Below are positions 1 to 10,391 of a stretch of 64,000 nt of DNA, one piece after another. The DNA comes from a virus. The stretch is from IMG/VR virus record IMGVR_UViG_3300017971_000033; one strand, written 5' to 3'. The first letter of the stretch is position 1. The number at the start of each line of letters is the position of its first letter. The notes below the pieces were generated by a model. It had not been told where the DNA came from. It made no database searches and saw only the letters and a list, made by a program, of their open reading frames with translations. Made by a program: the position numbers and the translations under genes.

Positions 1-611
1 CGGCAGCGACCGATCAGCGGGTAAGCGTTGCCGGTACCTCAACGACTGGCAGCTATTGGCAATTGCAGAAGGTATACACCATCAGCAGCGCCGTCTTTAC
101 CCGCACGATCACGAAGCCGGTAAGCGGTACCGTCAGCGTGGCTGTAAACGGTCACAGTTACCGCGCAGCTAATGTCAGCACAAATACCTTGACCGGCGTT
201 CTTCATATGACCGGCACGAATTTCACCATCACCTCTACATCGCAGTCAAACCCGTGTCATATCGACTCGCCGGGAGCGAGTGCGGCGTTTGATTTAGGGA
301 TGGGGTCGCTTTACATAACAAACGTCAGCGGAATGGTTGAGCTTAACGGCGGACGTTATGAAATTCTTAGCGCAGGTGAAGGCGGTGTTTATATCGATGT
401 AGACTCGACGCTATACACGGCTTATGTCGCCGACGGCAATGCCCGTGAATATGTTGGTTCAGCCGAATATGCAAGTGTGGCCGTCAGCGTTACGGCTGGC
501 TATGAGTTCGATCTGCAAGCGCGGTTTGACTCGGATGTATTCGATGCGACTCATGAAGGCTTCGACATGCAAAGCATGAACATCATGATCACTGAAATCC
601 GGGAGACATAA
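1..611 (+). CDS. distal tail protein, DUF2460 / RcGTA g12-like; 5' end lies left of window
   Basis: Frame 3 is open from nt 3 to the stop at 609-611, so the listed TTG at 63 is probably internal. C-terminus 'GYEFDLQARFDSDVFDATHEGF...ITEIRE' resembles the DUF2460 C-terminal block. It is followed by g13/g14/g15-like genes in RcGTA order. Confidence 0.6.
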   Translation, partial: AATDQRVSVAGTSTTGSYWQLQKVYTISSAVFTRTITKPVSGTVSVAVNGHSYRAANVSTNTLTGVLHMTGTNFTITSTSQSNPCHIDSPGASAAFDLGMGSLYITNVSGMVELNGGRYEILSAGEGGVYIDVDSTLYTAYVADGNAREYVGSAEYASVAVSVTAGYEFDLQARFDSDVFDATHEGFDMQSMNIMITEIRET

Positions 612-612
612 A

Positions 613-1674
613 ATGCCGCGCTCACTCACCGCAGCCGTATCAACAGCGGCGCAGCAGGAAACAACTCACTTCGTAACTTGCTGGCGTGTTGAGCTGGTCA
701 ACGGCACAACGTACGGATTCACCTCTCACGTTAAGAACGTCACCGTGTCATCGCAGGTTTATGAAGCTAACTCCGGCTACACGCCATCGACCGTCGAATC
801 AAGCAATCGCTGGAACGTGGACAACCTTGAGGTTGAAGGTGTCGTTACCGGCACCGGCATTACTGTTGAGGATATCGAGGCAGGAAACTTCGACGGTGCG
901 ACTGTCACCATGTTCGAGTGCGATTATACGCAGCCTGATGCCGGTCAGATCATCATGCGCACCGGCACCATCGGGCAGATCACGCGGCGGGATAATGATT
1001 TCACCGCAGAAGTCCGTGGATTGCTGCAACGGTTACAGCAAACAACCGTCGAGGTTTTTTCTCCGGCATGCCGCGCGACGTTCGGCGACACTCAATGCAA
1101 GGTTCCGGTAAGCGCGACCTTTTGGACAAGCGCAATGACCGTCAGCGCTTATGTGTCGGGCGATGCAGGTGCGGGTACCAATTCGCACATTAGATCGGCA
1201 ACGCTTACAAGCCGAATCTTCAAGGCGACGACTGGCGGCACGACTGGAACAAGTGAACCGTCATTCACCTCAACGGTTGGCGGCACAACAGCGGATGGCA
1301 GTGTTGTTTGGGAAACCATGTACGCTTGGAGGCGTAGCGCAGTGGTGTCCAGCGTTACCGACACGCGGAACTTTACGCTTGCTGATTGCGACGAACCGGT
1401 TGATCACTGGAAGCTCGGCACCGTTGAATTCAAGGACGGCAACAATGCCGGACGCAGCATGGAGGTCAAGCAAAACATTAGCTCAGGCCGCATTGAGTTA
1501 TATCTGCCGATGCCTGCTGTAGTCAGTGCCGGGAATACCGTTGTCGTGACTGCTGGATGTCAGCGGCGCGTCACTACGGATTGTCGAGATCGATTTAATA
1601 ACATCTTCAACTTCCGGGGTGAACCGTATATGCCGGGACGGGATGCGATCATAGGCGGCGAGAAAACGAGATGA
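613..1674 (+). CDS. DUF2163 + phage BR0599 domain tail/baseplate protein (RcGTA g13-like)
   Basis: 353 aa. 'ETTHFVTCWRVELVNGTTYGFTSH' is DUF2163-like at the N-terminus. Cys-containing 'GCQRRVTTDCRDRFNNIFNFRGEPYMPG' is BR0599-like at the C-terminus. ATG lies 1 nt after the upstream stop. Confidence 0.75.
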   Translation: MPRSLTAAVSTAAQQETTHFVTCWRVELVNGTTYGFTSHVKNVTVSSQVYEANSGYTPSTVESSNRWNVDNLEVEGVVTGTGITVEDIEAGNFDGATVTMFECDYTQPDAGQIIMRTGTIGQITRRDNDFTAEVRGLLQRLQQTTVEVFSPACRATFGDTQCKVPVSATFWTSAMTVSAYVSGDAGAGTNSHIRSATLTSRIFKATTGGTTGTSEPSFTSTVGGTTADGSVVWETMYAWRRSAVVSSVTDTRNFTLADCDEPVDHWKLGTVEFKDGNNAGRSMEVKQNISSGRIELYLPMPAVVSAGNTVVVTAGCQRRVTTDCRDRFNNIFNFRGEPYMPGRDAIIGGEKTR

Positions 1675-2093
1675 CCACGCCGCAAGAATACATTGATGAA
1701 TCTCGCAAGTGGGTCGGGACTCCGTTCAAGCATCGCGGTCGTATTTGTGGTGGCGGGGTCGATTGCATTGGTGTGGTGTATGAGGCGGCTCGTGCTGTTT
1801 CATTGTTGCCGTCAAACATTGTGCCGGTAGATTATAGCCGTGATCCTGATGGCGTTGAACTTACCGCAGGGCTGAAAAAACATCTCGTGCAGATTCGTGA
1901 CAAGCGCAAGATCAAGCCGGGAGATGTATTGCTATTCCGCTTTCTGCGTTATCCGCAGCATGTCGGCGTCTATACCGGTCGGAACGTTATTCACTCGTAT
2001 TCCAAGATGGGGAAATGTGTTGAGCACAATCTCGATGATCGCTGGCGCAAGCGACTGGTCGGTGTGTTCCGCTTCAAGGAGTTTATGACATGA
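1671..2093 (+). CDS. NlpC/P60 cell-wall peptidase (RcGTA g14-like)
   Basis: 'GGVDCIGVVYEAA' (catalytic Cys) and 'PQHVGVYTGRNVIHS' (His). ATGA overlap with the upstream gene. Confidence 0.8.
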   Translation: MTTPQEYIDESRKWVGTPFKHRGRICGGGVDCIGVVYEAARAVSLLPSNIVPVDYSRDPDGVELTAGLKKHLVQIRDKRKIKPGDVLLFRFLRYPQHVGVYTGRNVIHSYSKMGKCVEHNLDDRWRKRLVGVFRFKEFMT

Positions 2094-5000
2094 GCGCGAA
2101 TACAACTGCTTCACTCGCCTTCGGCGCGGTTGGCGCGTTCTTCCTTGGCCCTGCTGGCTTTACTCTCGGCGCAACATTAGGTGGCGCGTTATTCCCGCCG
2201 CAGCTACCGGACTCAAGAGCAAAGAAGCTGGCCCCGCTCAATATCACCAATGCCAGCTACGGCGCACCTATCCCGATTGTTTACGGCACCGTAAGAACGG
2301 CGACCACGCTGATGTGGTGGAGTGGCCGCAAAACAACGAAACACAAAGAGGAGTCGGGCGGTAAAGGTGGCCCGTCGCAAACTACCACGTATTACACCTA
2401 TTCGCTTGATGGTGCTTTCGCCATATGCGAAGGGCCGATAACAGGGCTGCGCCGTATATGGATCAATGGCCGCTTGATGTATGACACGAACAGCGCAGAG
2501 AACCAGTTGAACATCCAAGGCAGCAATAAGCTGGCCGATGCGGTGAATATCTACTACGGCGACGAAGATCAGGAGCCGTCATCGCTGCAAGAAAGTTACA
2601 AAGGCTCGGGGAATGTTCCTGCTTACCGAGGAATTGCATACATCGAGTTTGAGGATTTACAGCTTGAACAATTCGGCAATGGCTTGGTGAATGTCGAAGT
2701 TGAGATAACACGGGCAGGCGCACTCGATGACGGGCCGAATGTTATCCATACGTCAACTGAGAATTGGGGTGGCAAAACAGTTCTCAATATCGGCGGAGTT
2801 GTTGGGGTACTGGACGAAGGAACTTTTCTGTCAACATCAAATGTCTATGTCTACCCGAACGATGACGATGCTGACTACACGATAACCCGGTGCGATTTGC
2901 GTTGGAACATTATTGAGCAGACAACGTATCCGGTACGGATGCCTAATGTAACGTCCGGCGTTATTTATGGCTTATGTCAGAATGATCCATATTTCTTCTG
3001 GATTGCTCGCAACCAAGAAGGCGGTGGTGGCACTGATGGCAACTTGTATTGGTTCCGCTATAAAGCTGGTGCGCTTGGGTCATACCTTATTTCACGAGTC
3101 ACTTACCCGGTCGATGCTGGTTATGGCCCGTATGGAACCGATGATCATTCGCTCTTTGGGTCTGGTACAGATAGATACAAGACAATCAGGCTTGGTGATG
3201 ACAGCTACATAACTGTTACTGAAAAATCATCCGGTAAAAATGTATTGCTTCGCTATGCGGTTGATCCGTTGTATTTGTCGCCGACAGTTATCAATACAGG
3301 CGGCATAGATTTTCTAGAAAGTCTGGATTGGAATCCTAATGAAAGCACGTTATGCACAGCGCATATCCACCGAGACATGGCTGACCCGGATAACCAGTTC
3401 TTTCTCATTGTCACTTATAGCGCCGCTTATGATCATGACCGCTACCTTTGCTTGATGGATAAAGATTTCAATATCCTGAACTCATGGACTAATGCGTCTA
3501 CCGGAGACAGGGCGGGTGGAATCCCGAGCGGTCAAGGGCTGTGGTCGTCTGACGGTTATGTAATGTATAAGCCGAATTCTACCTCAAACACAATCCGGCT
3601 TATTACTTTTGACGCAACCGTGCAAAACTCAGAGTGGGTTATTGCTGGCAACACCAGCGTAGACAATTCATCATCTTATCCCGGCATCATCCCAATCACA
3701 AACAATTGGGCAATGGCACGGATGGAGTTGCTTACCGTCGAGGCTGTTGTTTCAACGTCAAACGTAACGGTGGCCGAGATTGTTGAACACCAGTCTCTAC
3801 GCGCCGGACTTTCAAGTGCTCAGGTTGATACAACCGATCTTAGCAAGTCGGTCGATGGTTATATTGTCGATGACGTAACCAGTGCGCGGAACGTAATTGA
3901 AACTATAACTCCTGTCGGCTTTTTCGATGTTGCGGAAGTCGGTGACAAACTTATTTGCACCGAGCGCGGCGGTGCCATATCAAAGACAATTCCGCAAGCC
4001 GATCTTGCTGCCGGGATTGAATCGCCGGAAGATAACGATATTGAGATTGTCCGCAAGGGCGAGCTTGAGTTACCAAAGCGGATGTCTATCTCATACCTCA
4101 ATAGCGAGGATCAGTATGAGGTGAACACGCAAATGGCTGAACGGTTGACGGTGCAAGGCGAAGGCATCTCACACGCGCAGATTCCAGCCGTGCTGACTGA
4201 CACCAATGCAATGAACATTGCCGACGCCATGTTATACGCCTTCTACTCTGAACGGGATACCGCATCATTCAGCATATCCACAAAGCACATTGATGTTGTG
4301 CCTAACGATGTCATTAGCGTTGGCGATCGCGGCTACCGTATTCGCGTCAGCGATGTTCAGACCAGCTTAATCGGCCCGATTAAAGTCACCGGTATTGTCG
4401 AATCAATAGATGCCGTATATAGCACGGTCAGGGATGCGGTCTTTGTCACATCAAGCAGCACAGTAGATACTTTTGTCGGCCCGACGATCTTTTCTCTTAT
4501 CGATATTCCAATGCTTCGGTCTAACGATGATGTGTTCGGGTATTACGTTGTTGCTTACGGCGTGTTCGATTCGTGGAATGGTGCCAGCCTATATCACTCG
4601 AACGACAACACAACGTATTCCGAGGTGAATGTATTTACGCTTGAGGCTGATTTCGGTTATGTATCGACGACGATGGCAACGACCACGTTCAACGGGACAT
4701 GGGATAGCAGTCTTGAACTTGAAGTTCGCATGCCGGCAGGTGTTGTGCTGCAATCAGATACAGACGCAAACGTTCTTGCTGGAAGTAATGCGGCACTTAT
4801 AGGAACGCAAGGCGGCGTCTGGGAACTGATCCAATACGCTTCTGCTTCGGCGACTGGCGACGACACATATAAACTTAGCCGCATCCTGCGCGGGCGGCGC
4901 GGTACAGAATGGGCCATGAATAATCATGATCCATTGTCACGGTTTATCCCGGTTGATAACTCAGGGACAGTTAAGTTTGTCCAAGACGATACTGAGCACC

Positions 5001-5410
5001 TTGACACGCCTGTTTATTACAAGGGAGTGTCGCTCGGTAACTACGTGCAGAACTCTAATCCGATAGCGTTTACAAATACCGGCAGGAACCTTATGCCGCG
5101 AGCGCCGTGCGTTGTGCGCGGAACTATCGACAGCAACAACACCAAGTCCTTCACATGGATGCCGGTATCGCGGTATGAATACGATGCCAATATTGCTTAC
5201 GTCAGTTCGGACGACAACAACTTTGAGATAGACTTTTATGACAGCGCAAGCACGTTACTAAGAACGGCGAGCGCAACAGAAACCAGCGTTGCTTATACCT
5301 CAGCAGATCGAGTCGCCGATGGCGCAAGTGCCAATGAGCTGATTATTTGCAATATCTTCCAAATATCGGATACTGTCGGGCGAGGTTTCCCCGGTATTGG
5401 GCAAATATAG
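2090..5410 (+). CDS. host-specificity / central tail fibre protein (RcGTA g15 / lambda J-like)
   Basis: 1106 aa. Gly/Ala-rich hydrophobic N-terminus, then 'SYGAPIPIVYGTVR...LMWW'. Position is directly after the g12-g14 homologues. ATGA overlap. Confidence 0.7.
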   Translation: MSANTTASLAFGAVGAFFLGPAGFTLGATLGGALFPPQLPDSRAKKLAPLNITNASYGAPIPIVYGTVRTATTLMWWSGRKTTKHKEESGGKGGPSQTTTYYTYSLDGAFAICEGPITGLRRIWINGRLMYDTNSAENQLNIQGSNKLADAVNIYYGDEDQEPSSLQESYKGSGNVPAYRGIAYIEFEDLQLEQFGNGLVNVEVEITRAGALDDGPNVIHTSTENWGGKTVLNIGGVVGVLDEGTFLSTSNVYVYPNDDDADYTITRCDLRWNIIEQTTYPVRMPNVTSGVIYGLCQNDPYFFWIARNQEGGGGTDGNLYWFRYKAGALGSYLISRVTYPVDAGYGPYGTDDHSLFGSGTDRYKTIRLGDDSYITVTEKSSGKNVLLRYAVDPLYLSPTVINTGGIDFLESLDWNPNESTLCTAHIHRDMADPDNQFFLIVTYSAAYDHDRYLCLMDKDFNILNSWTNASTGDRAGGIPSGQGLWSSDGYVMYKPNSTSNTIRLITFDATVQNSEWVIAGNTSVDNSSSYPGIIPITNNWAMARMELLTVEAVVSTSNVTVAEIVEHQSLRAGLSSAQVDTTDLSKSVDGYIVDDVTSARNVIETITPVGFFDVAEVGDKLICTERGGAISKTIPQADLAAGIESPEDNDIEIVRKGELELPKRMSISYLNSEDQYEVNTQMAERLTVQGEGISHAQIPAVLTDTNAMNIADAMLYAFYSERDTASFSISTKHIDVVPNDVISVGDRGYRIRVSDVQTSLIGPIKVTGIVESIDAVYSTVRDAVFVTSSSTVDTFVGPTIFSLIDIPMLRSNDDVFGYYVVAYGVFDSWNGASLYHSNDNTTYSEVNVFTLEADFGYVSTTMATTTFNGTWDSSLELEVRMPAGVVLQSDTDANVLAGSNAALIGTQGGVWELIQYASASATGDDTYKLSRILRGRRGTEWAMNNHDPLSRFIPVDNSGTVKFVQDDTEHLDTPVYYKGVSLGNYVQNSNPIAFTNTGRNLMPRAPCVVRGTIDSNNTKSFTWMPVSRYEYDANIAYVSSDDNNFEIDFYDSASTLLRTASATETSVAYTSADRVADGASANELIICNIFQISDTVGRGFPGIGQI

Positions 5411-5419
5411 GAAATTGAC

Positions 5420-6184
5420 ATGGCTACTACTACAAACCTTCAAGCGGAAAAATGGACGGCATTGCAGTTGCAGCCAGAGGTGACTGTCAACGAAACCTTC
5501 GATGTATTCGATGCCGCAATTACCGGAACGCTCACGCATAACGTGTCAAGCGATGCGGATTATTCTCTCAGCAATTCCGGAGACAAGCCGTATGAATGGA
5601 TGTATGACAAGGTAAGAATCACTGACTCATCGGCGCACCTTACCACGCAGCGCAGCATCTTTGTTCCAACCAACGAAAAGCACTACGTTGCTCAGAACGA
5701 CACGCTGCAAGACCTGTTGTTCACGACAAGCACAGGCGCGGGGTATTTGGTTGAAGCCGGTCGAACTCAGCGATTGCGCTGCGACGGCACCGATGTAATC
5801 AGCGACGAGAGTTTTGTTCACAGTCAATCTGAATTCCGCGCTTATACCGAAACCATCGTTGGCCCTGTCTCCGCTACTGGTTCGCAGACTTTATCCTGCG
5901 CCAGCGCAAATGTGTTTGACGTTGTGTTGGTCGGGAATACCAGCGTTGTGTTCAGCGATGTCCCTAGCACTGGCGGGACTTTATTCACCGCTACCATCTT
6001 TGTCACGCAAGACGCTGGCGGCTCGAATTCAATGGTCATTGATGCGCCAACCAGCGTTATCTACGCAAGCGGAGAAGCCAGCACCGTGTCACAAGGCGCA
6101 GGCAACCGGGATATCTGGATTTATACAACGCGAGATGGCGGCAACACTTGGTATGGCATGGCTGGCGGGTTGACATTCCGATGA
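5420..6184 (+). CDS. hypothetical tail-associated protein
   Basis: 254-aa ORF between the host-specificity gene and the LamG fibre; its stop overlaps the next start (ATGA). No motif recognised. Confidence 0.55.
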   Translation: MATTTNLQAEKWTALQLQPEVTVNETFDVFDAAITGTLTHNVSSDADYSLSNSGDKPYEWMYDKVRITDSSAHLTTQRSIFVPTNEKHYVAQNDTLQDLLFTTSTGAGYLVEAGRTQRLRCDGTDVISDESFVHSQSEFRAYTETIVGPVSATGSQTLSCASANVFDVVLVGNTSVVFSDVPSTGGTLFTATIFVTQDAGGSNSMVIDAPTSVIYASGEASTVSQGAGNRDIWIYTTRDGGNTWYGMAGGLTFR

Positions 6185-8493
6185 GCAAACGTCTAAAGAC
6201 AATGTTTGGCTCGCAGGTGTTCGGCTTTGTCGGCACTGGTGGCGGGATGGGCGCTGCTTATTTCCACAACTCCCCCGGAAGCGCGGGGTTTTCATCGCCA
6301 GTATCTTCGTTCGCCAGCTACGTTGCCTTACTTGAGCCGTCCTTTTGGTGGAAGATGAATGACGCTAGCGCAGCCGTTTATGCGTCTGAGACAATGAACG
6401 CAGCCCATGCTTCTATTGTCGCGCAAGCGAGTGCCGGTTATTCAACGATGGTTGACTCCACGGGTGACTCAAGCTGGAACTTTGACGGCGTTAATGACGC
6501 GCTTGTTGTCCGTGAGGGACAGATCGGCAGGGTGCTGAATGGTGCGGCAGCGATTACCATTGTTCAGTTCCTTGAGATGGATGTCTGGAACGCCAATGAC
6601 GCATCCTTCGTGACCTATGTTGGCGATGATGGCACGACGCGCTTCGGTTTGAATGTTGACTGCACGACCAACAACGTCATCCGGTTTGGCGCACGTAGCC
6701 AAGAATCAGACGGCCTGCAAACGCTTACGCATACCGTGTCCGCTGGCGAGCGCAATAGACCGCTCATGTTTACCGGCATCGCCAACTTCGGTACAGACAC
6801 AATGGCGATGTTCCTCGATGATGTGAAAGTTGTCGCATCGACCGCCAAAACCTTCGGCAGTACGGTTTACGGTTACAACTCTGCCGGTATAACCTTTGAC
6901 GATCACATCGGTGCCATCCCTGATTCCTCTCGCTGGGGTAATTTGCGCGTTGGTCATACCATGCTATTCAATCGCGCCCTGAGCAGCACGGAAGTTGTGC
7001 AGCTATATAACCGCGGCAAGGGCTTTCCGAAATACCATGAAGAAATTCTTAATGGAAATCCTGTTGCTTATTTCCCGATGGCATTTTCTACCACAACAGG
7101 AGTCATCGATAACGAAGTTAGCGCATATGCAACAACAACGCATCAGGCTTCAATTGAAGGCACGATGGTATTTGGCGCATCAAGCCTGCTTGCTGATGAC
7201 GGTACTGAGTACACTAACGCGGGCATAAGGTACGGCGCAGGTAATGCAAGAGCGCGTTTTGACGATACCTTACATAGAAACCTTAGCTCACTATTGAATG
7301 GCAGCAACAGGGCGACTGTTGAGATGTGGGTTGAAGCCAGTGCGCTTGCTGCGAATCAGGCGATGTTTACCACTTACCTCGGCAACACCACCGGCTTTTA
7401 CTTGCAGGGCAATAGCGGCAGCATAATTCGGGTCGCATCGAGGAGCCAGCAGTCTGATTCGGCGAATGAGCATTTTTTCAGCGCAACGAGTCACAAGACA
7501 TACCACATCATGTGCTGCGCTGATTACAAGAACGGCACCATGAAGATTCATGTCAATGGCTCAACCGTTGTATCGTCACAAGGGGCGAGCGTTGTTTATG
7601 GTTCGGTTGCGTATTCATATAACTCGGGCGGGCAGGTCAGTGATGATGGCATAGGATTTAGCCATAGTGCGGGCAGGTATTGGGACGGAATCATCGGGCA
7701 TGTTGCGCTGTATAACAAATGCTTTACCGAGAATGACGCGGAACGGCATTACAGGATCGGCAACGGTGAAACAAAAACGGTGCCTGCAAAAAGCACTATC
7801 ACGAGTTCATATTACAGCGCAGTCATATCGGCATCGCCGGGAGCGTTTTGGACGCTTGACGGTGTAAGTGCAGGAGCGAGCGTTCCGGAAGTCATTGCTA
7901 ACGATGACGGTGCCTTCACCAGTACGACGACACGCACAAGAAGCATGTGCAGTCAGGTATTTGATACGCTAACCGAAAAGCATTATTCCTATGAATTCCC
8001 GGCGTCCGGCGTTTTTGTTTCAACGCCATACATTGGACCGCAAGGGTCTGATGCAAGAACCATTGAGGTTGTATTCAGCACAACCACAAGCGTTACAAGT
8101 CAGGGCTTGCTTGTGCATTACGGCGGGACGACTTCGCCGCGCAGGTATCTCATGGCAGTTAATGACTCGGGCAAGATGCGGCTTGAGACTGGTGCTGGTC
8201 GTGGAGTGATCTTTGCCGGTGTTGTGAATGATGGCGCAGCCCATCATGTTTGTTTCAGCAATGAATCAGGTGGAACCGTTCACGGAACTCGATGCTTCAT
8301 TGACGGCGTATCTGCGGCGGTATCCACAACGCTATCAACTGATCAAACATTAAACACGAGCAACACGTACAAGGTGCATTTTGGTTGGGAAACCAATTGG
8401 CACCTGCGGAATACATGGTTGGATAGTGTTGCCGTTTATACAACAGCATTGTCATCCGCGACGATGGCTAAACATGCAAATTTGGTGACGTAA
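6181..8493 (+). CDS. tail fibre with three LamG/concanavalin-like lectin domains
   Basis: ATG 6181 overlaps the upstream stop. Three successive units end in LamG-type blocks: 'GHTMLFNRALSSTEVVQLYNRGKG', 'GHVALYNKCFTENDAERHYRIGNG', 'WLDSVAVYTTALSSATMAKH'. The first unit starts 'WNFDGVNDALVV'. Confidence 0.7.
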   Translation: MSKRLKTMFGSQVFGFVGTGGGMGAAYFHNSPGSAGFSSPVSSFASYVALLEPSFWWKMNDASAAVYASETMNAAHASIVAQASAGYSTMVDSTGDSSWNFDGVNDALVVREGQIGRVLNGAAAITIVQFLEMDVWNANDASFVTYVGDDGTTRFGLNVDCTTNNVIRFGARSQESDGLQTLTHTVSAGERNRPLMFTGIANFGTDTMAMFLDDVKVVASTAKTFGSTVYGYNSAGITFDDHIGAIPDSSRWGNLRVGHTMLFNRALSSTEVVQLYNRGKGFPKYHEEILNGNPVAYFPMAFSTTTGVIDNEVSAYATTTHQASIEGTMVFGASSLLADDGTEYTNAGIRYGAGNARARFDDTLHRNLSSLLNGSNRATVEMWVEASALAANQAMFTTYLGNTTGFYLQGNSGSIIRVASRSQQSDSANEHFFSATSHKTYHIMCCADYKNGTMKIHVNGSTVVSSQGASVVYGSVAYSYNSGGQVSDDGIGFSHSAGRYWDGIIGHVALYNKCFTENDAERHYRIGNGETKTVPAKSTITSSYYSAVISASPGAFWTLDGVSAGASVPEVIANDDGAFTSTTTRTRSMCSQVFDTLTEKHYSYEFPASGVFVSTPYIGPQGSDARTIEVVFSTTTSVTSQGLLVHYGGTTSPRRYLMAVNDSGKMRLETGAGRGVIFAGVVNDGAAHHVCFSNESGGTVHGTRCFIDGVSAAVSTTLSTDQTLNTSNTYKVHFGWETNWHLRNTWLDSVAVYTTALSSATMAKHANLVT

Positions 8494-8762
8494 TGGAAAG
8501 CGAACGACTAGCGAAGCTCGAACAATGGAAGGTTGATCACATCCACCACACTGATCAGCGGTTTGACCGTGTGCTAAATCAAAACAAAGAAATCCTGCGA
8601 GCGGTCAAGGATAACCAATCAAGATTAAACAAACTTGAGACCGACATCCTAATGTATACGAGAATAGTTCTATGGACTGGCGTGTCCATCGGCGCCATAG
8701 GCGGCTTAATAATCCGCTATTGGGAGAACATCCACCATCTACTACACAAGGCTTTCCCATGA
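8493..8762 (+). CDS. membrane protein, holin candidate
   Basis: 89 aa. Coiled-coil N-terminus and a single C-terminal TM 'IVLWTGVSIGAIGGLIIRYW'. ATGA-coupled to the endolysin gene. Confidence 0.45.
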   Translation: MESERLAKLEQWKVDHIHHTDQRFDRVLNQNKEILRAVKDNQSRLNKLETDILMYTRIVLWTGVSIGAIGGLIIRYWENIHHLLHKAFP

Positions 8763-9277
8763 CACAAACAACTTTTATGAAGGCGCTACGCTTTACCAGT
8801 AAATGGGAAGGCGGTTATGTCAACGACAGGTATGACGCAGGCGGGGAAACAAAATACGGGATTAGTAAACGCGCTTATCCGGATCTCGATATTGAAAACC
8901 TGACGCGAGAAGAAGCCGACGCGATTTATGAGCGCGACTACTGGCGCAAGCCTAAATTCCACAAGCTACCGGCCAAAGTGGCGATCGCCGCTTTTGACTT
9001 TGGTGTAAACAGCGGACATAAGCGAGCCGTGAAATACTTGCAGCGGATTGTCGGCGCACACGATGACGGCATGCTCGGGCCAAAGACGCTGGCAAAGGTC
9101 GATAGCTTCAAGGAGTTGATTACTAATTGGGAGGCCGAGCTGGTATTGATGTACTTGGAGGAGCGCAAGAAATTTGTAAAGCGGATTGTAGAAAACAACC
9201 CGAGTCAAAAGCGGTTCTTGAAGGGGTGGCTGAACAGGATTAATGCGCTTAAAGATTTACTTACCGAGGAGAGTTGA
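8759..9277 (+). CDS. endolysin, glycoside hydrolase family 108 with C-terminal peptidoglycan-binding region
   Basis: In-frame ATG at 8759 overlaps the upstream stop. 'KWEGGYVNDRYDAGGETKYGISKRAYP' is the GH108 signature. Confidence 0.85.
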   Translation: MTQTTFMKALRFTSKWEGGYVNDRYDAGGETKYGISKRAYPDLDIENLTREEADAIYERDYWRKPKFHKLPAKVAIAAFDFGVNSGHKRAVKYLQRIVGAHDDGMLGPKTLAKVDSFKELITNWEAELVLMYLEERKKFVKRIVENNPSQKRFLKGWLNRINALKDLLTEES

Positions 9278-9278
9278 A

Positions 9279-9524
9279 ATGAAATACCTTAGACTACTTT
9301 TTTTTATTATTGTCGGAAGCCTTGCGCTTGGTGCCAATGGCGGATGTGCGCTTGTGGATCCTGTCCGTGGAGAACTCTACGAGCAGAGTATGAAGGTCTT
9401 TGACGAGGTGGATTATCGCTATCACCGCAAAGGCAATGTCATTCACCGCGAGCTCATGGCGACAGGATCAGAGAAGCTACCGTATGAGTCCAATACGCTA
9501 GACCTCCCGGGCCTTGCTCAGTGA
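9279..9524 (+). CDS. secreted / lipoprotein-like small protein (spanin candidate)
   Basis: ATG 9279 lies 2 nt after the endolysin stop. Signal peptide 'MKYLRLLFFIIVGSLALGANGGC' ends in Cys; the lipobox is non-canonical. No C-terminal TM. Confidence 0.45.
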   Translation: MKYLRLLFFIIVGSLALGANGGCALVDPVRGELYEQSMKVFDEVDYRYHRKGNVIHRELMATGSEKLPYESNTLDLPGLAQ

Positions 9525-9572
9525 GCGATGGAAAATGTCCGCATTGTGGTGTGAGAAAAATGACTTGGCCCA

Positions 9573-10103
9573 ATGAGCGATACATCTCTCAAGAGGAAGG
9601 AAGAAGGCGAAATCCTCAGAAGCCACGAGCGTTGGTTGCAGCAAGTAGTTCGGTCGGCGGTGAGTATATTCCCGCAGACAGTGGTGACAAACAAGATCGA
9701 GGATGCGATGCAGGAAGCGCGGAGCGAATTCTTGCGGTCTTATCGGAGATTTACGACTGAGGGCTGGCTTAATTCCTCGTTGAAGGGATTTTGTTACAAG
9801 CGAGTGCGCGGGGCGGCGATTGATTACATGCGCGGAAGAAGATCACAGCATGGATACCACTCCGTGGAATACGACGAGTCTTATGATTCTGTCAACTCCA
9901 TTGGAAGGTTTGAGGAAAGAATCGATCTCTCCCGCTTGCTTGCAATACTAGACGACCGTTCGCGGTCTGTGATATTTATGCACGACCTCGCAGGTATAAC
10001 CCTTGCCGACATAGGGAAGCATTTTGGTGTGACAGAAGGTAGAATATGTCAAATCAGATTAGCGGCTTTCGATCGGTTAAGGGAATTATCTAAACGTGAG
10101 TAA
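9573..10103 (+). CDS. sigma-70 family RNA polymerase sigma factor (regions 2 and 4 only)
   Basis: 176 aa. Region-2-like 'FLRSYRRF...GAAIDYMRGRR'. Region-4.2 HTH 'LDDRSRSVIFMHDLAGITLADIGKHFGVTEGRICQIRLAAFDRLRE'. Confidence 0.7.
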   Translation: MSDTSLKRKEEGEILRSHERWLQQVVRSAVSIFPQTVVTNKIEDAMQEARSEFLRSYRRFTTEGWLNSSLKGFCYKRVRGAAIDYMRGRRSQHGYHSVEYDESYDSVNSIGRFEERIDLSRLLAILDDRSRSVIFMHDLAGITLADIGKHFGVTEGRICQIRLAAFDRLRELSKRE

Positions 10104-10199
10104 TTGCATGTTCTATTTCATGGTTGCAGCGGGGTTGTTGTTGTGGGTCTTGTGTCTGTTATGCAAGACTGTTTCTTCACTTAAACAGGAGCAATGATA

Positions 10200-10391
10200 A
10201 TGGAAACCCTGAAAGGCTGGAAAACAGTTGTGACTAATGGCTTGCTGGTTGTTGCCGGTACGCTGGCGCAGTTTGGTGTTGTCCTCCCGGAAACCTTCGC
10301 TGATGATGTTACTGGTGCGACGGTTGCCGTGGTCGGTCTTATCAACATTTTCCTGCGCGCAATTACCACTTCACCAATCGGCAAGAAATAA
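10200..10391 (+). CDS. small two-TM membrane protein (holin-like)
   Basis: SD AGGAG lies 8 nt upstream of ATG 10200. Two hydrophobic helices ('VVTNGLLVVAGTLAQFGVV', 'GATVAVVGLINIFLRAI'). Confidence 0.5.
   Translation: METLKGWKTVVTNGLLVVAGTLAQFGVVLPETFADDVTGATVAVVGLINIFLRAITTSPIGKK

Noticed and set aside
9521-9760. 79-aa ORF overlapping the sigma-factor gene in another frame
   Set aside because: The sigma frame carries recognisable region 2/4 motifs. The overlapping frame has none and would need a 190-nt overlap.
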